NCBI GenBank assembly: GCA_965153455.1
Contig: OZ234493.1
Location: 35,206,213-35,270,212, forward strand
Reading direction: 5' to 3'
Length of the DNA: 64,000 bases
DNA from: Sphagnum compactum
Lineage: Eukaryota
The notes under the pieces are model-generated. The model was not told where the DNA came from and did not search any database. It saw only the letters and a program-made list of their open reading frames with translations. The position numbers and the translations under genes are program-made. Positions within the stretch are counted from its first letter, which is position 1. Every line of letters begins with the position of its first letter. This document shows, piece by piece, positions 1 to 12,004 of this stretch.

Positions 1-367
1 AGCAATTGCACTGCTGCTGCACTTCTCCATGACAATGGAGGAGTTGGGCATCTGGTAGGATTGTAACACGCAATTTCCACATCCCTGGCAAATTGGCAGA
101 GGCTAGAAAGAAGAACAGAGCCCCAGAAAGCTTCTGTTCGCCATATTTCCATCTTTAAACTAAGGTCTAAAAGAGAAAGACAAATGTCTGCTGCTGCAAT
201 TCTTCTTCTTCTGCTGCTGCTGCAAATGGAACTCTTAGTCTGCTGCAAATCCAGATCCAAACAGATGCTTTCTTCCACACTTTCCATGCAACAGACTTCA
301 ACCCTAATCACAAAACGCAAAGGGGTTTGCTGGTTTTTCTTCAGTGTTTTGCATTGAGGATCCATAC

Positions 368-607
368 CTGACAGCCACACGAGGACCTGGTGCTGCCGTC
401 TCCTCTTCCTACTCCTATCCCTATTCCCCGCAGGAGAGGAGATTGTTGCGCAAACCATCGCAGCTGAGGCCGTTGTTGGTAAGCCACACCAACAGACAGA
501 AGTAGTACCAGAGTTGCTACCAGAATTCGCTTCCATGGGGCCCATCCCTGCCTCTTCCGTCTCTTCTCTTCCTCTCCCTCTATCTGCTCTGAAACTTCTG
601 CACTCAT
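368..607 (-). CDS. ERO1: First coding exon of a probable ER oxidoreductin-1; remaining exons probably lie beyond the left edge of the window
   Basis: ATG at 607; 240-nt exon ending ...SCGCQ at a CAG|GTATGG donor (intron starts 367). The order acidic/basic EEEKRRKR, W-rich segment, hydrophobic anchor ILVATLVLLLSVGVAY, then SCGC matches my recollection of the plant ERO1 N-terminus (EEESEKKRK-W-W-LATLVVVFLAV...SCSCS). The catalytic region is not in the window. Confidence 0.55.
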
Positions 608-1477
608 CTTCTTCTTTTTCTTCCCACTACCTACACAACAATTTCTCCTCTCTCTCTAGTGTAAGTACTATGTGTCTTCCGGACAGATCCACCGGATTCT
701 CAGAAGAACAAAATTCGACACAATCTTATGAGACGGAAACTGCAAAAACGCAGTGCTAATGTGAGTCCAGCTGTTTGCAACAATGAACGAAATGCTCATA
801 GCTTCTTCCTCCTCCTGTGTTGTTATTGCAAGTCGGTTGCAAACGCGTTTGTTTTCTCCTCTTTCTGTGCGTCGTAAGCTTTGCGAATTTCTCTTGTCAG
901 GATGGCGACAATCGAGTACAACAATCGTCATAAAAGTCCTTGCACGGACATCGGAGCACATGAAGATTCTATTGCGCTACGGATAAGTCGGGGCCATGAT
1001 CATTGCTGAGGAGGAGGAGGAGGAGAAGGAAGAAGGAGGCTTGAATCCCTCTTATGCTTCTAAGTTCTCTCTCTCTCTTCTGGGATTGCAGCAGAACATT
1101 TGCTTTGACATTCGGGGCAAGAAACAGCAGTGGCAGCTACTGCTGCGGGAGCTGACTAATGTGCGGGGAAGGCGAATGTCATCGTCCGTGTCTCCGTCGT
1201 GGTGGGCTCCATTTGCTGCAGCAGCCTCGCCGGAAGGGAGGAAGTATCTGCTACGACAAGTCGGGTTTTCCACCACCACGTCGTCGTCGTCGTTGTCGCA
1301 CCAACAGCTGCGTGACAAGCATTCATGTTGCCTTGGTGGCGATCTCGTAATGGTCGTGTGAGGTCATCACCGCCGACCAACGCAGAGTTCGACGTTCATG
1401 AAGGACCGGCCGGTTGCGGTGCATCACAGCAAGGTTCCAATCTTGAGTTCCTTTGCAACTCTTTGAGAGGCGACACT

Positions 1478-1880
1478 AGGTTTCAAGGGTTCTTACAACA
1501 ACTGGATTTGTGAGGGAGAAAAAGGAGATGCAAGAAGCAAGCTCCAGGCCATCAAGTTTTAAATCAGAAATGGATTGTGAAGAAGAAGGAAGAAGCAGAA
1601 GAAGATCCCTGAATCACCTTTGCAACAGTTTCTGAGGCTCTTGTACCAAATCCACGCAGGGTTTCAAGGGTTCTCACAAAATGAATTTGTGAAGGAGAAG
1701 AAGAAGAAGAAGAAGATACAAGAAATCTCCGGGCCATCAAGTTTCAAATCAGAGATGGATTGTGAAGGAGACTTGAAGATGGAAGAAGCTCCAGGAAAAA
1801 GGGCCATCGAGTTTCAAATCAGAGATAGATTGTGAAGGAGGCTTGAAGATGTAAAAAAGCTCCAGGGAAAAAAGGCCTTC
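1478..1880 (+). repeat. Degenerate ~70-bp tandem repeat inside a GC-richer, coding-like but disrupted segment
   Basis: GGGCCATCAAGTTTCAAATCAGAGATGGATTGTGAAGGAG units at 1731 and 1801, plus a looser unit near 1547; GGTTTCAAGGGTTCT recurs at ~1479 and ~1660. Confidence 0.7.
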
Positions 1881-2532
1881 AATTCAGAAACCATGAGAAG
1901 AAGCTCAAAAGGCAAGGACAAGAGGCATCTGCAAGTTTGATACCGGGAACTAACTCAGCACAGCAGCCCATTTGCAAATGGAAGCTAAAACTTTGTCAGT
2001 TCAAAGAGCAAGCTCACCATGTTCTAGGTAAGCTCCATCAATATACAAAACCCTAGTTGTGCAACCTTAGAGAATCATTCTTCTTATGTCAATTGCATCT
2101 TCCTCCTTGAAAAAGAAGATGAAAATGTGCATAACAATACAGTCAGGCTCACTAAAACATTTGTTCCAAAGGGAACTTCTTCTTCCTCTCTTCTTCTTCT
2201 TGTCCAACAATATATTGAGTATAACTCTGTGCTGCTCTCAAAGAATTGAGACCTAGAAATTACTGCAAAAACTAAAAAAAGGCAAATATCCTTTTGTGAT
2301 CTCTTAAGGAAGTTTTGTATGCTCTTCAATCACTCGTTCCAAATGACAACGAAAAATCCTAAAATGAATTTACGCAATCAGTAAGGAGGTGACACTGGGA
2401 TTTGCTGCAGCTTCTTTCCTGCATCTCATTTTTTTCCTCACCACAGAGCAGATCTTTTCTTAGTCCTGTCATCTTAAATTTCTTGCAAAGTGTTTGTTTG
2501 CTCCTCTGGAATTCAGGAGAGATGAGTCATTA

Positions 2533-2713
2533 TACTACAACAAAAAGTGTCCTTTTCAATGGGGTGAAACAACTTGGGTTAGCAACTTGGGTTTTGCAAC
2601 TTCCAAAACAACTATGTAGTAAAAATTGAGAGTTGCAACAAAACCTATGAAAGAAGTTGCAAAACCCAAGTAGTTTCACTCACTGGTTGGAAAGGACACT
2701 CTTTGTTGTAGCA
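2533..2713. mobile_element. Short CACTA-derived non-autonomous element (~180 bp)
   Basis: TIRs TACTACAACAAAAAGTGTCCTTT / AAAGGACACTCTTTGTTGTAGCA, degenerate CACTA...TAGTG ends; flanks TTA / CTA fit a degenerate 3-bp TSD. Confidence 0.65.
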
Positions 2714-3454
2714 CTAGCTATTGCTTCACAGTTGAGAGCTTGAATGTCTGCAGCACCCACATAATCGTTTAACCATTATGGCAATGATAAAATTTACAAG
2801 GGTGATCCTTGCATTCTTGTCTATTGGCAAACTTGAAGGCTGACCTGCACTTCACCGCTAGGTGAAAGCATGGTAAGCAACTAAACAGTTTTCTTGATCC
2901 TTGTCAACATGAATGGAAAGTGGTCAAAAAAAGAGTTTGATAAATTGAATTTAAGAGAATATTATTCATACCAATTACTTAAGATGAGTATGTTCTTTGA
3001 TTTTGTTCCAATGATATTGAAGAATCACATGTTTCATTTATTTTTGAGTAGATTTTTAAAAATTGCAAATAAATGTAAGTAGGTGACTTACATTGAAAAC
3101 TCTTAACAGAATGTGTAAGCTAATCTTGGGTGGGTATTTCAACATGCAAGTTTTGATGGTCACATGTGGAGTAGAAAATATTAGTTATTTTCAGTTCCAG
3201 AAACACATATTGTCAATATTTGACTCAAAATGTTAAATAGTTTTGTCAACTGATCATTCATGCGCTTTGTTAACATGAAATTTTGATAGTCACATGGAAC
3301 TTTGAAAAGATTGTATTCAGTTCCATAAAAAGGATATAGTTAATTTGACTCAGATGTTTTATACTACAATACTTGTAAGGAAGTTTGTGCAGAGATATGT
3401 TTTCTAATTGTACAGAAATCATGGTTAAGGTGTAGAAGCATGACTTTAACTAGT

Positions 3455-4685
3455 GCTGGAGTTTTTTGTGGATTGCAGATGATCAGAATTTCAGCTTTTG
3501 AAAAGTTGCAATTCTTGCATATATACTCTCCTTTGTGTGCAGGCATTACACTAATTCAAAAGACCCATTCTGTGACCAGAGCTTAATCAGTGATTAGGAA
3601 GATCTGTTAATTAATGCAGCTGCCTGATCATTGTAAACTGTTGAAGAAAACCAAAAAGAAAATACTAAATTCCATCTGCTTGGACAATTGGTGCTGGAGA
3701 TTTTGTGGATTTCAGATGATCAAAATTTCAGCTTTTGAAAAGTTGAAATTCTTGCATATGCTCTCCTTAATCGTTGTGCAGCACTTTAGAGACTCAGTCA
3801 AAAGACCCATATGTGAAGAGAGCTTAATGAGTGATTAGGGAAGCTTGTAATTAATGCAGCTTGATCATTGTAAACTGCCAAAGAAAACCAGAAAGAATGC
3901 TAAATTTAAACATCTGCTTGGACAATTGGCGCTGGAGTTGGTTGTGAATTTCAGACAATCAGAATTCAGCTTAAATTGAAGTTGCAATTCTTGCATATAT
4001 TCTCCTCTGTGTGCAACATTCCAAAGATCTTGACTTCTGGTTTCTGTGAACATAAATATGTTATGGAATTGTAAACTGTTGAAGAAAACCAGAAAGAAAA
4101 TGCTAAATTGCATCTGCTTGGATAAATTTTTGGGGCTGAGTTTTGTAAATTCCAGATGATCAAAGCTTCAGCTTTTGAAATTGGAATTTTTTATGTTTAT
4201 GTTCTCCTCTGCGAGTAGCATTCCAAAGATCTTGAACTGGTTTCTGTGAAGATAAATATACATTATGGAATAAATATGCTATTCCCATCTGTGAACAAAT
4301 TAGCTTAATCAGTGATTAGGGATAATGGCACTTCATTCAGCTTGATCATTATTGTATTTACTGTTGAAGAAAACCAGAAAGGAAATATTAAATTGCATCT
4401 GCTTGGACAAGAATCAGTGAGTTGGAGTTTAGCTGGTTTCAGATGATCAAAATCTCAGCTTTTGAAGTTGCAATTCTTGCATATTATATTCTCCATTGTG
4501 TGCTGTGCAGCAGTTAGACTGATTCAGCCTCATTTTAGACTACATGGGAAAGACCCATCTTATGAATTTGCAGAGCCTAATCAGTGATTAGCTTGGAAGT
4601 TTGTAACTAAATTTGCAGTTTGATCATTATAAATCTGTTGAAGAAAACTAGAGAGAAAAATGCTAAGGTACATGTGCTTGGACAT
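3455..4685. repeat. Degenerate ~240-bp tandem array (~5 units), mirrored at ~22070-23190
   Basis: Recurrent GATCATTGTAAACTGTTGAAGAAAACCAGAAAG...CATCTGCTTGGACAA...CAGCTTTTGAAAAGTTGCAATTCTTGCATAT at ~238-bp spacing (~3503, 3741, 3978). Confidence 0.85.
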
Positions 4686-5111
4686 GTGCTTCAAATCTTG
4701 CACAAACAGTTCAATAAGATGGTGTCAAAGAAAATCAAGGTAACTGGATGATGGACTTGTGGTCCTGTTGTCTTGATTTGAGGAGGTCTGAGTTTTACGG
4801 ATCAAATGCAACTTCAGATTTCTGTGCAGCAATATTTCACATACACAAAGTAGTTGGAGCTGAATTCCTGAATCACATATATAGCAGTTGGAATTACCAA
4901 ACAGTCAGAGGTTCTGACTGTACAAAACATCATGATACTCGCAGTGGAGTCTTCCTTAAAAGCAAACAATGCAAGCATGAGCTGGTGCAGTTGTTCAGCT
5001 TGTGAAAAACCAAAAACAGAGACGTAATATTTGCAAACCTCAAGCAGCAGCTATGAACCTTAATGCGAGCGCATACAATTTCAGTCCTCGACCGAATTCA
5101 GCAGCAATTAT

Positions 5112-5862
5112 TCATTTCCGAAGAGCTTTAAAACAGAAAGAAATCAACCAGTAAAAGAACCGATAGAGTTTTCCGCAACGAACTTCAGTGCCTGTATTCG
5201 GAATGTGAGTCCGTCGACGCTCGTCGATGTCGATAACGGTATGCGAAGCTCTACTGCAAGCTGCAGCTGGAGACCGGAGCGACGTTGACGCAGGCGTCAA
5301 TGTGGGCCGGTTTTCTGAATCAAGGAAACTTATTGGTGCAGCAGCTGGCAGCTGCAGCTTCTGCCGATCAATATATTTTCGAACTTTTCCTCGCACTCTG
5401 GGAAAATAGCTCTCACATGACCATCGAGCCATGAGAGAACTGTCTGATTTGAGGTTGACAATACGCGGGTGGCTCTCGAAATGCGGATCAAGGTACACAG
5501 TGATCCTCACGACGTGAGCTTTCCGGAAGACCCAAAGTCTTCGGTTATCGAGAGACCAAAGAATCCCTTGGTAGCGAACTACAGAGAGCATTGGGAACCT
5601 CTTGGGGTTCAATTTCTTGGACACTATCCTATCAACAGTGTCGTCAATCCGCCAGTTTTCGTGCGGTGATTGAAAGCGGACAGCAATACTGTCTTATGTG
5701 AACCTCAAATCCTTGGGGTTCACATGTATCATTCCTTCAGTCTTCATCATCATCATCATAGACATCCATGCAGATCATTTCTTCATCGAGCTAGAAATCC
5801 ATGATCCTTTCTTCATCATAATCGAAATACATGATCGTTTCATCAGCATCATCAATATCCAT
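5112..5862 (-). pseudogene. ParB/sulfiredoxin-like (DNRRL) domain gene, copy A; disrupted and internally deleted
   Basis: ATG 5862 (MDIDDADE...); in-frame TAG at 5791-5793; frameshift near 5740; TAA at 5694-5696 replacing Q of RFTQDSI; then open ...FPMLSVVRYQGILWSLDNRRLWVFRKA...YWLISFCFKALRK to the stop at 5112. Lacks 208 codons present in copy B. The domain call rests on motif recognition only. Confidence 0.75.
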
Positions 5863-6451
5863 GATTTGATCCAGAAAGGACAAAAAACAAACAAAACCTC
5901 GCACGACGTAAATTTAGAAAGCTGTACTGAGCACTAAGCAAGATGAGCAGCTAGCTAGAAATGGCGCATTATTCTCTACAACACCAAATTTAATGCAAAG
6001 ATGCAACTTCAGTACAACACCAAATGCTTCAATCTACAATTAAAAACGTTCAACTAGTACAATTGACACTAGAGAAACGGTACCCCGCGAGTGGAATGCT
6101 CATGTTGACGAGGATCTTAGAGCTCCCAATTAGCTGATGCCTGCTAAAGACAAATCCGTTCAATGGTCCGAGTGTGGATAAATATACTCTCTTGTTGGGA
6201 TCTCATCATGAGTTTGCGTCTGCTAGCGAGAATTGTGCGAAATTCCCAGCATTAAATTCCTACTCTTGAGCGACAATCGAGACAGGGAGAGAGAGAGAGA
6301 GAGAGATCACACTGTTTCGAATGTCGCGACCATTAAGCCCCAAAATGCTTTGCTTCCAAATCATGGAGCTTCGATTGTCGTGCGACAGCCGACATTCATT
6401 CCCCCCATGCATCGCACCAAGTTGATTGTAAAGCTGAAATTGCATTTAATA

Positions 6452-6565
6452 TTATTATGGTATAATTATTTATAATGGTATAATTATTTATTATGGCATA
6501 ATTATTTATCATGGTATAATTACTTATGATGGCATAATTTATTTATTATGGTATAATTATTTATA
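6452..6565. repeat. ~19-bp tandem repeat (ATTATGGTATAATTATTT, ~6 copies); fewer copies in the mirror at ~19610-19695
   Basis: Directly visible. Confidence 0.85.
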
Positions 6566-7019
6566 TTGGCCACTAGAATTGTGGTACTTAACCTAAAAAC
6601 AAAAACAAAAGTCTCTAAACTTGTGTAAACTTGTTAACAGGTTTTATTTTGGGATTTAAAAAATAACCAAAAAAAATTGTAACCTCAATGGGAATCATTC
6701 ATAGGAAGGAAGAAGGTGTAGAGAAAATTGGCGATTGTCTCTAGGAAGGTTTTTTTTTTAGCCGCATTCTGGCTATAAACCAGACATGAAGCACAAATTT
6801 TAAAAAATCAACTTTCTACTTTCATGGCTAAACACTGAAAAACCCAATGTATAAATACGGCGATTTTTTTTCTACTTTTGTTGCCCCCACTTTTGACAAG
6901 TGAAAGCCTCCAAAATCACTTCATTTTAATTATAATTATAATTAATTGTTTTTTTCACTTTTTGGCGAAATGTCGCCACTTAAACAATCACTACTTTATA
7001 GTCACCCTTTAGACCTAAC

Positions 7020-7490
7020 AAGTTACTTGACGAAGTTGCATTTTGTTGGCTATTCATCCAAAGCCAGTTTTTGGCATTTAACTGGGTATAAATACCCCAT
7101 AGCCAAAATTCTAGAAGCATGTTGCCCCTTTTAAGTTGAGTATTCATCCAAAGGAACTTGAAATATTATTTAGTTGGGAAAATAAATACCCATAGCAAAA
7201 TTTCATAATTATGTTTGCTTTATGTTGAGTATTCATCCAAAGCAAACTTGAATTAAGGTAGTTGGGTATTATTAATACAAAGCAAAGTTACATAGCATGG
7301 CCATGTCACTTTTAGTTGGGTATTAGGGTTTAGGGTTTTTATCAACACAAAGTAAAGTTACATAGCATAGCCATGTCACTTTTAGTTGGGTATTAGGGTT
7401 AGGGTTTTCATCAACACAAAGTAAAGTTGCACACCTAATTAGGTGCATTTAGTTGGGTAATTATTAATAGGCTGCATCTCAAGTTATAAC
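7020..7490. repeat. Degenerate array of TAGTTGGGTA...TTCATCCAAAGCAAACTTGAA units; related copies at ~9380-9830, ~18750-19150 (reverse) and ~24230-24580
   Basis: Motifs recur at all four places. Confidence 0.75.
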
Positions 7491-8114
7491 CATGGATACC
7501 CCTCATATCAATGAAAAAAAAGTGAGTTACTTTAGGTTTGTCTTATTAGGTCATCATCTTAATACCCAACTCCATCTTGGGCACATCACTATAACATGGA
7601 TAGGATATGGAAAAAAAAAACATGGGAATGTTTTTTAAATTTAATATTTTAATTTGAAAAATTATATAGCATAATCTTCTACGTTGGAAGAAGATTATAT
7701 AACATAATCTTCTTCTTCATAATATTACGAACTGTCATCCAAGTGACATGTGATAGGTCGAAGTGCACCATCATCAACTAGCCTACATGAATACAAAAGT
7801 GGTCACAAATGTTGTAGGAACTTGCATGTGCCCAATTTTGTGAAGGTGGCCTAAAAGGGAATTGTGTTCTACTACAAGAAATTAGGTGTTGTGGAGTTAA
7901 CCCTATTACTTGCATCATTTGATGGTAATTTTACGAAAAGAAGTCATTTTTGATAACCTATGAATGGGAGGGTTATTATGCCTCATGATCTACATAGGTT
8001 TGGTTCACGATATATATATTTTGCCTTGTGTTTTATGATTGTCATGCGACATTCCGCGTGCAGAATGAATCACACACAAAGTGATTCTAATTTGGAAAGC
8101 TGAAATTTGCTTTA

Positions 8115-8860
8115 TATAATGGTATGGCACATAATTAACCTAAAAAGACTTCTAAAGTGAGCCTTTGGCCCTAACCCATTTACTTAATTTTAGGGTTAGG
8201 TTTACTTGCCCATTTATAAATGGTATGGATGGTAATTAACCCAAAACCTAAAATGACTATAATGTCACCCTTTGGCCCTAACCCAATGCTTAATTTCAGG
8301 GTTAAGTTTACTTGCCCATTTATTAATAGTATGGCCAGGTAATTAACCCCAAAACTAAAAGTCTCTAAAGTGACCCTTTAATGGCCCTAACCCATAGCTT
8401 AATTTCAGGGTTAAATTAACTTACCCATTTATAATGGCGTGGGAGGTCATTAACCCAAGAACTAAAAAGACTCTAAAGTGACCCTTTAATGGCCCTAGCC
8501 CATCACTTAATTTTAGGTTTAAGTTTACTTACCCATTTATAATAGTATGGCAGGAATTAACCCCAAAACTAAAAAAGACTCTAAAGTGAGCCTTTGGCCC
8601 TAACCCATTGCTTAATTTTAGGGTTAAGTTTACTTGCCCATTTATAATGGTATGGGCAGGTAATTAAACTCAAAACTAAAAACACTCTAAAGTGAGTCTT
8701 TGGGTCTAACCCATTACTTAATTTTAGGGTTAAGTTTACTTACCCATTTATAATGGTTTGATCACATCTAGAGGTAATTAGTAGATAATCCTAAAAAAAT
8801 AAAAAAGACCCCTAAAATGACCATTTGGCCCTAACTTATTACTTAATTTTAGGGTTACCA
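8115..8860. repeat. ~107-bp minisatellite (~7 units) containing CCCTAA and TTTTAGGGTTA motifs
   Basis: GGCCCTAACCC-like anchor at 8167, 8274, 8383, 8491, 8596, 8702 and 8827. Confidence 0.9.
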
Positions 8861-10899
8861 TTGACAACCTGTAAAGGTGGTAAGTGTTTTTATTTTGGAG
8901 GGATTTCCTGGTTCTTTTGCCAAAATTTTGAGAATTCTATGTCCCTTTCATGTTTCTTTAGTGTAAATGCGATTAATTTTGCTATTGTTTTGGAAATACT
9001 CACCAAATTTTCAATATCACATAATTGGAAAATTAACAAAAACCCTGGTGAGATAACCTAACAAAAAATAAAATAAATAATAAGGGCATGTGTCAACATC
9101 TAATGTTAAATTAGCACTGAATTTAGAGCGATGTTTTGCAATTTCTATTTTCAAATTTAGCTTGTAGCCAAATTGGCTAAATCTTCATGTGAATCATTGC
9201 CACTTTGGCTACATCACAAAGAATTTGACCCAAAAAAATACACTGATCTTTAACACAATTATGTACCACGGGTGTGGCATTAAATTGCCACATCAGATGC
9301 CACCTCATTTGTAGTGGCATTTGTAACACCAACCTTGGTCTGAAAGGGTATCCACTTTAACACCTCTTTTACATGTGGTTGCTCCTTTAGTTGAGTAATT
9401 AATACAAAAACAAAAGTGGGCATAGCTATGTTGCATTTAGTTGGGTATGATACAAAGCAAAGTCACACAAGGGTGTTGCCTTTTTTTGATGGGGGTATTC
9501 ATCCAAAGCAAACTTGAAATTATTAGTTGGGTATAAATAAATACGTAGCAAATTTCCATAACTATGTTACTTTTAGATGAGTGTCCATCCAAAGCACACT
9601 TGAATTTCTTAGTTGGGTATGAATAAATACATTGCAAAAGTCCATAAATGTGTTGCTTTCAGTTGAGTATTCATCCAAAGCAAACTTGAAGTTAGTTCAC
9701 TTGGGTATTAATATAAAGCGAAGTTGCATTACTATGTTGCATTTAGTTGGTTATTCCATACAAAGCAAAGTTGCATAACAATGTTGCATTTAGTTGGGTA
9801 TAACTAATAGGCTGCATCTTGAGTTTAAACCACACCCTGACTAGCAACTTTATGCAACATAGTTATGCAAATTTATGTGACTTTTTGCTTTCTATGACGC
9901 ATTTAGTTGGTTGTTCATACAAAGCATAAAGTTGCATAAATTTACTTAATTTCTTTTTTTTGTAGGTATCAAATTATCAATGTAAAAATTGGGTTACTTT
10001 CGATTTTTCTTAAGATGACTTTGTATCAACTCCCTCTTTAATTATCTAAAGAGGAAATGTTCAAAGAGAATGTTTTCCAAATAGAATGTCAAATCAAAGT
10101 AGTTTTGTGCACAGTGTGCTGAGCAGTGTCTTTTTTTCCTTTTTTGTAATGTAGCAACATTGGCGAGTGTCCAAGATAGATTCACTCAAATTTCACATTA
10201 ATTGGCTATAGATTTGAACCAGGGGTTTTTTTCCCAACTTTCAAAAATAGTTATCTTGGCTACTCGGATGCAATTCCCATGACTTAAATGGTTAATGGAG
10301 TGGTATGCGACTTGGTTTTTTATTTTCAAAACATGTGGTGATAAACTTTTTTTCCATTTACGAAAATTTTGGCCATCTCAAATTGTGTAATTTAGTTTAA
10401 ATTGCTATGTGTAAGTTTGCCCCACCTAAAAAAAGTAGGTAATTTTAAAATGTTTTATGAATCTTCTTGGCAATGAATACAATATTTAAAACAAACTTTT
10501 GTGATAAAACTTGTGGAGGAATTGAACCTTTGACTTACCCACTGTTGCACAAGTCTTTTGCTATAGTGTGCACACACCACACACAAAGTTCAAATATATT
10601 GCACAACCATCTATAAAGTTACAAACTAGTTATCCCCATTGCTTAGTTATTGAGAATTGACTTGCGAAAGAATTGAACTTGTAAACTGTCAACTGTAACA
10701 CAAGCCACTTGCAAAACAACACACAACATATACATACAAAATACATACATAAAAGTTTTTAGTGTTTAGGAACTTCCTCCTATTAATTACATATACAAAA
10801 TTCTAATGTAATAATCAAACATATCAACCTCGTTAAGATCATGGAAATCAAAGGCAAATGGCAAAAGATCAAACCTTAGCTTACCCACGCAAAATTTAT

Positions 10900-11700
10900 G
10901 CATCAAAACCATATTGAGCTCACATCACCTTCCAAATTGCAATCATTGAAAGGTATGAAAAATTCGTCAACGTGTAAATTTGTTAAACAAACATTTGAAT
11001 CACATGCTTGAAATATGTTGTCAAGTGATTGAGTAGTTTGGAGTTGATAAAATTCAAATTGTTGAAACATCTTTTGGCGTGAACGAAACCAATCACTGGG
11101 ACCATAACAATTTCTACCAACTTCACATATTCCTATATCTTGTTTACAATCACTTGTGAAAAGGCCAAAGATTTCCAAAGTTGGGTCATATGAATTCATA
11201 ATGTAAGAAAGACCCATGGTTGATGCATCATTATTTTTTATTGTTAATTTGAAAAATGACATCTGCAAAATTTCCAAAAACATAGAAAATAACACTTTTG
11301 GCACCTTTTGGGATAACAAATCGAGCTTTAATCACACTAGGGTGTCTTTTGAAAAATATATCATAATTTGCCATCATCCAGTATTGAGGAGAAAACACCC
11401 CCAAAATTTCCTTAATTCCATGTAAGGGGAGTGGGATGGTACCTTTGAAATCAAGAATTCAACTACCTCTTTCAACAAATTTTTCACAATTAATTCCACA
11501 ACTTGGATGTGCACCTCTCTGGTCACAAAACTCACAACCTCTATTAGTTGGTCCAAATGTCCTGTCCAAATGTGTTATATATTGCAATCAAAGGCTATAT
11601 TAAACCCTTTTTGCCCATGGTAATTTTGCAATACAAACATCTTGAATTTTTTAAGGTAGTTCATAAGCCTAAATTTCTTTTTTTTCTTACACTCAAGTTC
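10900..11700 (-). mobile_element. Degenerate DNA-transposase remnant, probably hAT superfamily
   Basis: Broken minus-strand frames give HGIKEILGVFSPQYW...FFKRHPSVIK and LQMSFFKLTIKNN, resembling recalled moss hAT-like transposase segments; many stops and frameshifts. Confidence 0.5.
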
Positions 11701-12004
11701 AATTTTGTCAAGGGTCTTTTCAAGTTCAACTTAGATGTTAGATTAAGTTTAAACGAATTTCTCTCATTCATGACTAATTTTCCTTTATCCCTCAAAGCCC
11801 TCATAGCACCTTGGTTATTCTTTTTAGGAACATTGTTAGTTGTTTTACTTTGTTAACTAATCAAACAATGAAACTTGAAATTATTTGGAGGTTTAAAACG
11901 TTTAGGAGAAGTCATGTTGAAATTCAAAACTTGAATTCCAAAAAATATAGATTCATTCCAAAAAAAAATTCATAAAAAATGTTAAGATTGGGAGTCTTGT
12001 TTAC

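Larger units (their letters stand above)
3141..8039. repeat. Left arm of a ~5 kb inverted duplication
   Basis: Colinear reverse-complement match to 18166-23498 along its length; e.g. ORFs 6233+/19712-, 6946+/19032- and 5698+/20207- give closely similar or near-identical translations. Confidence 0.95.

Noticed and set aside
1-102. Possible second exon of the left-edge gene (TTCTAG|CCTCTG..., PLPICQGCGNC...)
   Set aside because: In frame, but it does not resemble the expected ERO1 continuation (G.VEDCCCDYETV); more likely intron. If RNA-seq shows it is spliced in, the ERO1 call weakens.
8115-8860. CRISPR-like array
   Set aside because: Whole units repeat with no unique spacers, there are no cas genes, and the context is eukaryotic.
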